61,570 nucleotides of DNA from NCBI GenBank assembly GCA_043721975.1, contig JAYSPR010000124.1:1-61570 (forward strand), given 5' to 3'. Positions 60,414 to 61,570 of the stretch are shown one piece after another. Position 1 is the stretch's first letter, and each line of letters starts with the position of its first letter. The translations under genes and the position numbers were made by a program. The notes beneath the pieces are model-generated. The model worked only from the letters and a program-made list of their open reading frames with translations, made no database searches and was not told the origin of the DNA. This DNA is from Bacteriovoracaceae bacterium. GTDB lineage: Bacteria; Bdellovibrionota; Bacteriovoracia; Bacteriovoracales; Bacteriovoracaceae.

Positions 60414-60482
60414 ACGCGTGTAATCTTATTAAATTATAAAGACATACTTATTTTTGATAAAGCAACTCGGGTAAGGTTTTGT

Positions 60483-60510
60483 TCAAGATATGTATTCAAA
60501 AAGCCGATAA
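60483..60510 (+). promoter_or_regulatory. Sigma-28 (FliA)-like promoter
   Basis: TCAAG-15 nt-GCCGATAA. Confidence 0.55.
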
Positions 60511-60560
60511 AGTCAAATATTTAATCTCGTTCAGTTTTAATTGAATTTTTGAGTGTATAT

Positions 60561-61570
60561 ATGAAGTTTTTTATTTTCTTAATCATTTCACTTTTACCAT
60601 TTAAAGTTTTCTCTCAAGACGTTTATGTCAGTACTAATAAAAATAGTTGCATTGGTTTAGCTTTAAGTTTGATTAACTCTGATACGAATTATATTACTGT
60701 TAAAAACTTACCGAATTCTCTTCCACCTTCTCTAGCTCAAAAACCATATGATGATCAATCAAAGTTTGGAAAGCTGGTCCAATATAAAAGGCAATTATTT
60801 AATAACTTAATTTCCAAATAAATTAAAAGCGAAAGTCTAGAGGCTCCTCTAAAGCAATTAAAAGAAACTGAGCTTTATACATTCGTTGTAACTAAAAAAG
60901 AGATACGTTTTGCTGAAACTTCGAGAGGTAGACTTTCATTAAAAAACGCCGCCTCTAAACATGCAATGCTCGCTCGTAAAGAAGAGGTTTTTTATGCGGG
61001 AGAAGCTTGGTTGGAAGATGGTATTTTAGTACTGAATCATAATTCTGGTACATTTAAACCTAATTCGGATTATTTGCCTGATTTAGCTTTATATTTCCAA
61101 AAAACTTTCGGAGTAAAAAAAGTTCATTTTTCTACTCTAATTCCGGCCCCACGACCATTCATAGATTACACACTATGGATTGCTCAATTGAAAACTTTTG
61201 TTCGTGCAAAACGATCTGACTTTTCAGAGGGGGTTGTAAAACTTTTTTCACGTAATGAATATCAAGGTAAAACGATAAACATGAGATTACCTGGCAGTCT
61301 CGAGGATGATATTGTATTTGAAGTTGGTGAAAATGTTGGCTCAGGTTTTTATGGAAGTGTATACAATGTAATTTTTCAAAAAATTTCGTCTGCTGCAAAA
61401 AAACAATACTCACTTTTACTTGATCAGAAATTATTAACTGAAGGAATGGTTGTTAAGTTTCCCAACGATATACTGATCTTTACCTACTTTAACGGAGTCC
61501 CTTTTAAGCAGCATAACGGTTTTGTTCAGCATACTCTTTCGGACTCATATAACCAAGTGAAGAATGCAAT
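60561..61570 (+). pseudogene. Secreted toxin-like/kinase-like protein interrupted by an in-frame TAA (3' truncated by the window)
   Basis: Signal peptide; after TAA 60819-60821 the same frame stays open to the window end with YTFVV..SKHAML..YAGE..NHNSGTFKP and VGSGFYGSVY..MVVKFP. Confidence 0.65.

Noticed and set aside
444-61413. Numerous short alternative ORFs in the track (e.g. 444..800, 8717..9022, 23624..24091, 29268..29513, 49304..49573, 58248..58625, 59837..60358, 61159..61413)
   Set aside because: They are antisense or out-of-frame shadows inside well-supported genes, with no motifs or SD support.
1-61570. tRNA, rRNA, riboswitch or IS elements
   Set aside because: No cloverleaf or rRNA signature, no recognisable aptamer and no transposase was seen by eye. 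An Infernal/Rfam scan would be needed to exclude divergent RNAs.

Overview
AT-rich bacterial chromosomal segment. Gene content and style suggest a predatory Bdellovibrionota, probably Bacteriovoracaceae (inference, no database search). Housekeeping genes are present: smc 3' end, nagK-nagA-SIS deaminase, lolA, slt, rimO, epmA, ftsY-zapA-5-FCL-rny, dus, a Nudix hydrolase, trxB-like, Leu dehydrogenase, fused 2-oxoacid E1, nadC-nadB and mutY. They are interspersed with many secreted proteins of unknown function. No rRNA, tRNA, CRISPR array or mobile element was seen. Most notable: (1) a mirror-symmetric head-to-head duplication of a two-gene module, a 121-aa secreted protein coupled by ATGA to a 483-aa secreted clan-CD (caspase/legumain-like) peptidase, with both arms exactly 1814 nt; (2) a Tat-exported phage-tailspike-like beta-helix protein divergent from a fibre plus putative tip-adhesin gene pair; (3) a secreted toxin-like/kinase-like ORF hidden from the ORF track by one in-frame TAA; (4) a stand-alone 64-aa HisKA-like protein behind a sigma-54 regulator; (5) recurring sigma-28-like promoters and leaderless sigma-70 architectures; (6) a multiply disrupted radical SAM pseudogene; (7) no room for 6S RNA at its usual zapA/5-FCL locus. 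All calls are from reading the sequence by eye.
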